From Candidatus Heimdallarchaeota archaeon (lineage in GTDB: Archaea > Asgardarchaeota > Heimdallarchaeia > Heimdallarchaeales > Heimdallarchaeaceae), in the NCBI GenBank assembly GCA_030668875.1, contig DAOVER010000041.1, positions 1 to 25,957 of the forward strand: a DNA stretch of 25,957 nt. The letters are read 5' to 3'. The notes beneath the pieces were generated by a model. The model saw nothing but the letters and a program-made list of their open reading frames with translations. It ran no database searches and was not told where the DNA came from. Position numbers and translations under genes: made by a program. Shown here piece by piece: positions 25,882 through 25,957 of the stretch; the first letter of the stretch is position 1; every line of letters begins with the position of its first letter.

Positions 25882-25957
25882 ATGAAACCCCAACGTAACC
25901 TGGTAAAACTTAGAAAAATTGTAGTTAAAAAGGCTTTGAATGGCGAAAACATTACCC
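25882..25957 (+). CDS. N-terminus of a gene truncated by the window end; possibly a transposase-type HTH
   Basis: SD-like GGAGGG at 25863-25868; reads MKPQRNLVKLRKIVVKKALNGENIT... Only 25 codons are visible. Confidence 0.3.
   Translation, partial: MKPQRNLVKLRKIVVKKALNGENIT

Overview
AT-rich archaeal-looking DNA. The basis is RHH/VapB-PIN, MNT-HEPN and Pyrococcus-type RelBE toxin-antitoxin pairs, BRE/TATA-like leaderless promoters, and secreted proteins with a C-terminal TM helix plus basic tail and an 'EEGSTGN.I.W' Ig-like repeat. An Asgard/Heimdallarchaeia-like origin is inferred, not proven. The left 11 kb is accessory-rich, with seven TA or TA-like modules. The right 15 kb is mostly metabolic or transport genes: a heterodimeric ABC exporter, two amidohydrolases, a class I aminotransferase, a GNAT, an HxlR regulator and membrane proteins. 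Main discovery: at two independent loci, small cargo genes lie between an intact host gene and degenerate displaced copies of that gene's own 3' end. (1) The EhpF-like ANL gene (2776-3930) is followed by four cassettes (RelBE plus a DUF5678/aspartic-protease pair; MNT-HEPN; VapBC; MazF pair plus a membrane gene). Each cassette is closed by a copy of a TCAAC(C)-loop-(G)GTTGA hairpin, and two or three copies still carry the gene's last codons, diverged mostly at synonymous sites. (2) The ABC exporter gene's last 27 codons are repeated at 10269-10349, beyond an inserted surface-protein gene. No integrase, transposase or reverse transcriptase is seen inside either locus. No rRNA, tRNA or CRISPR array was detected.
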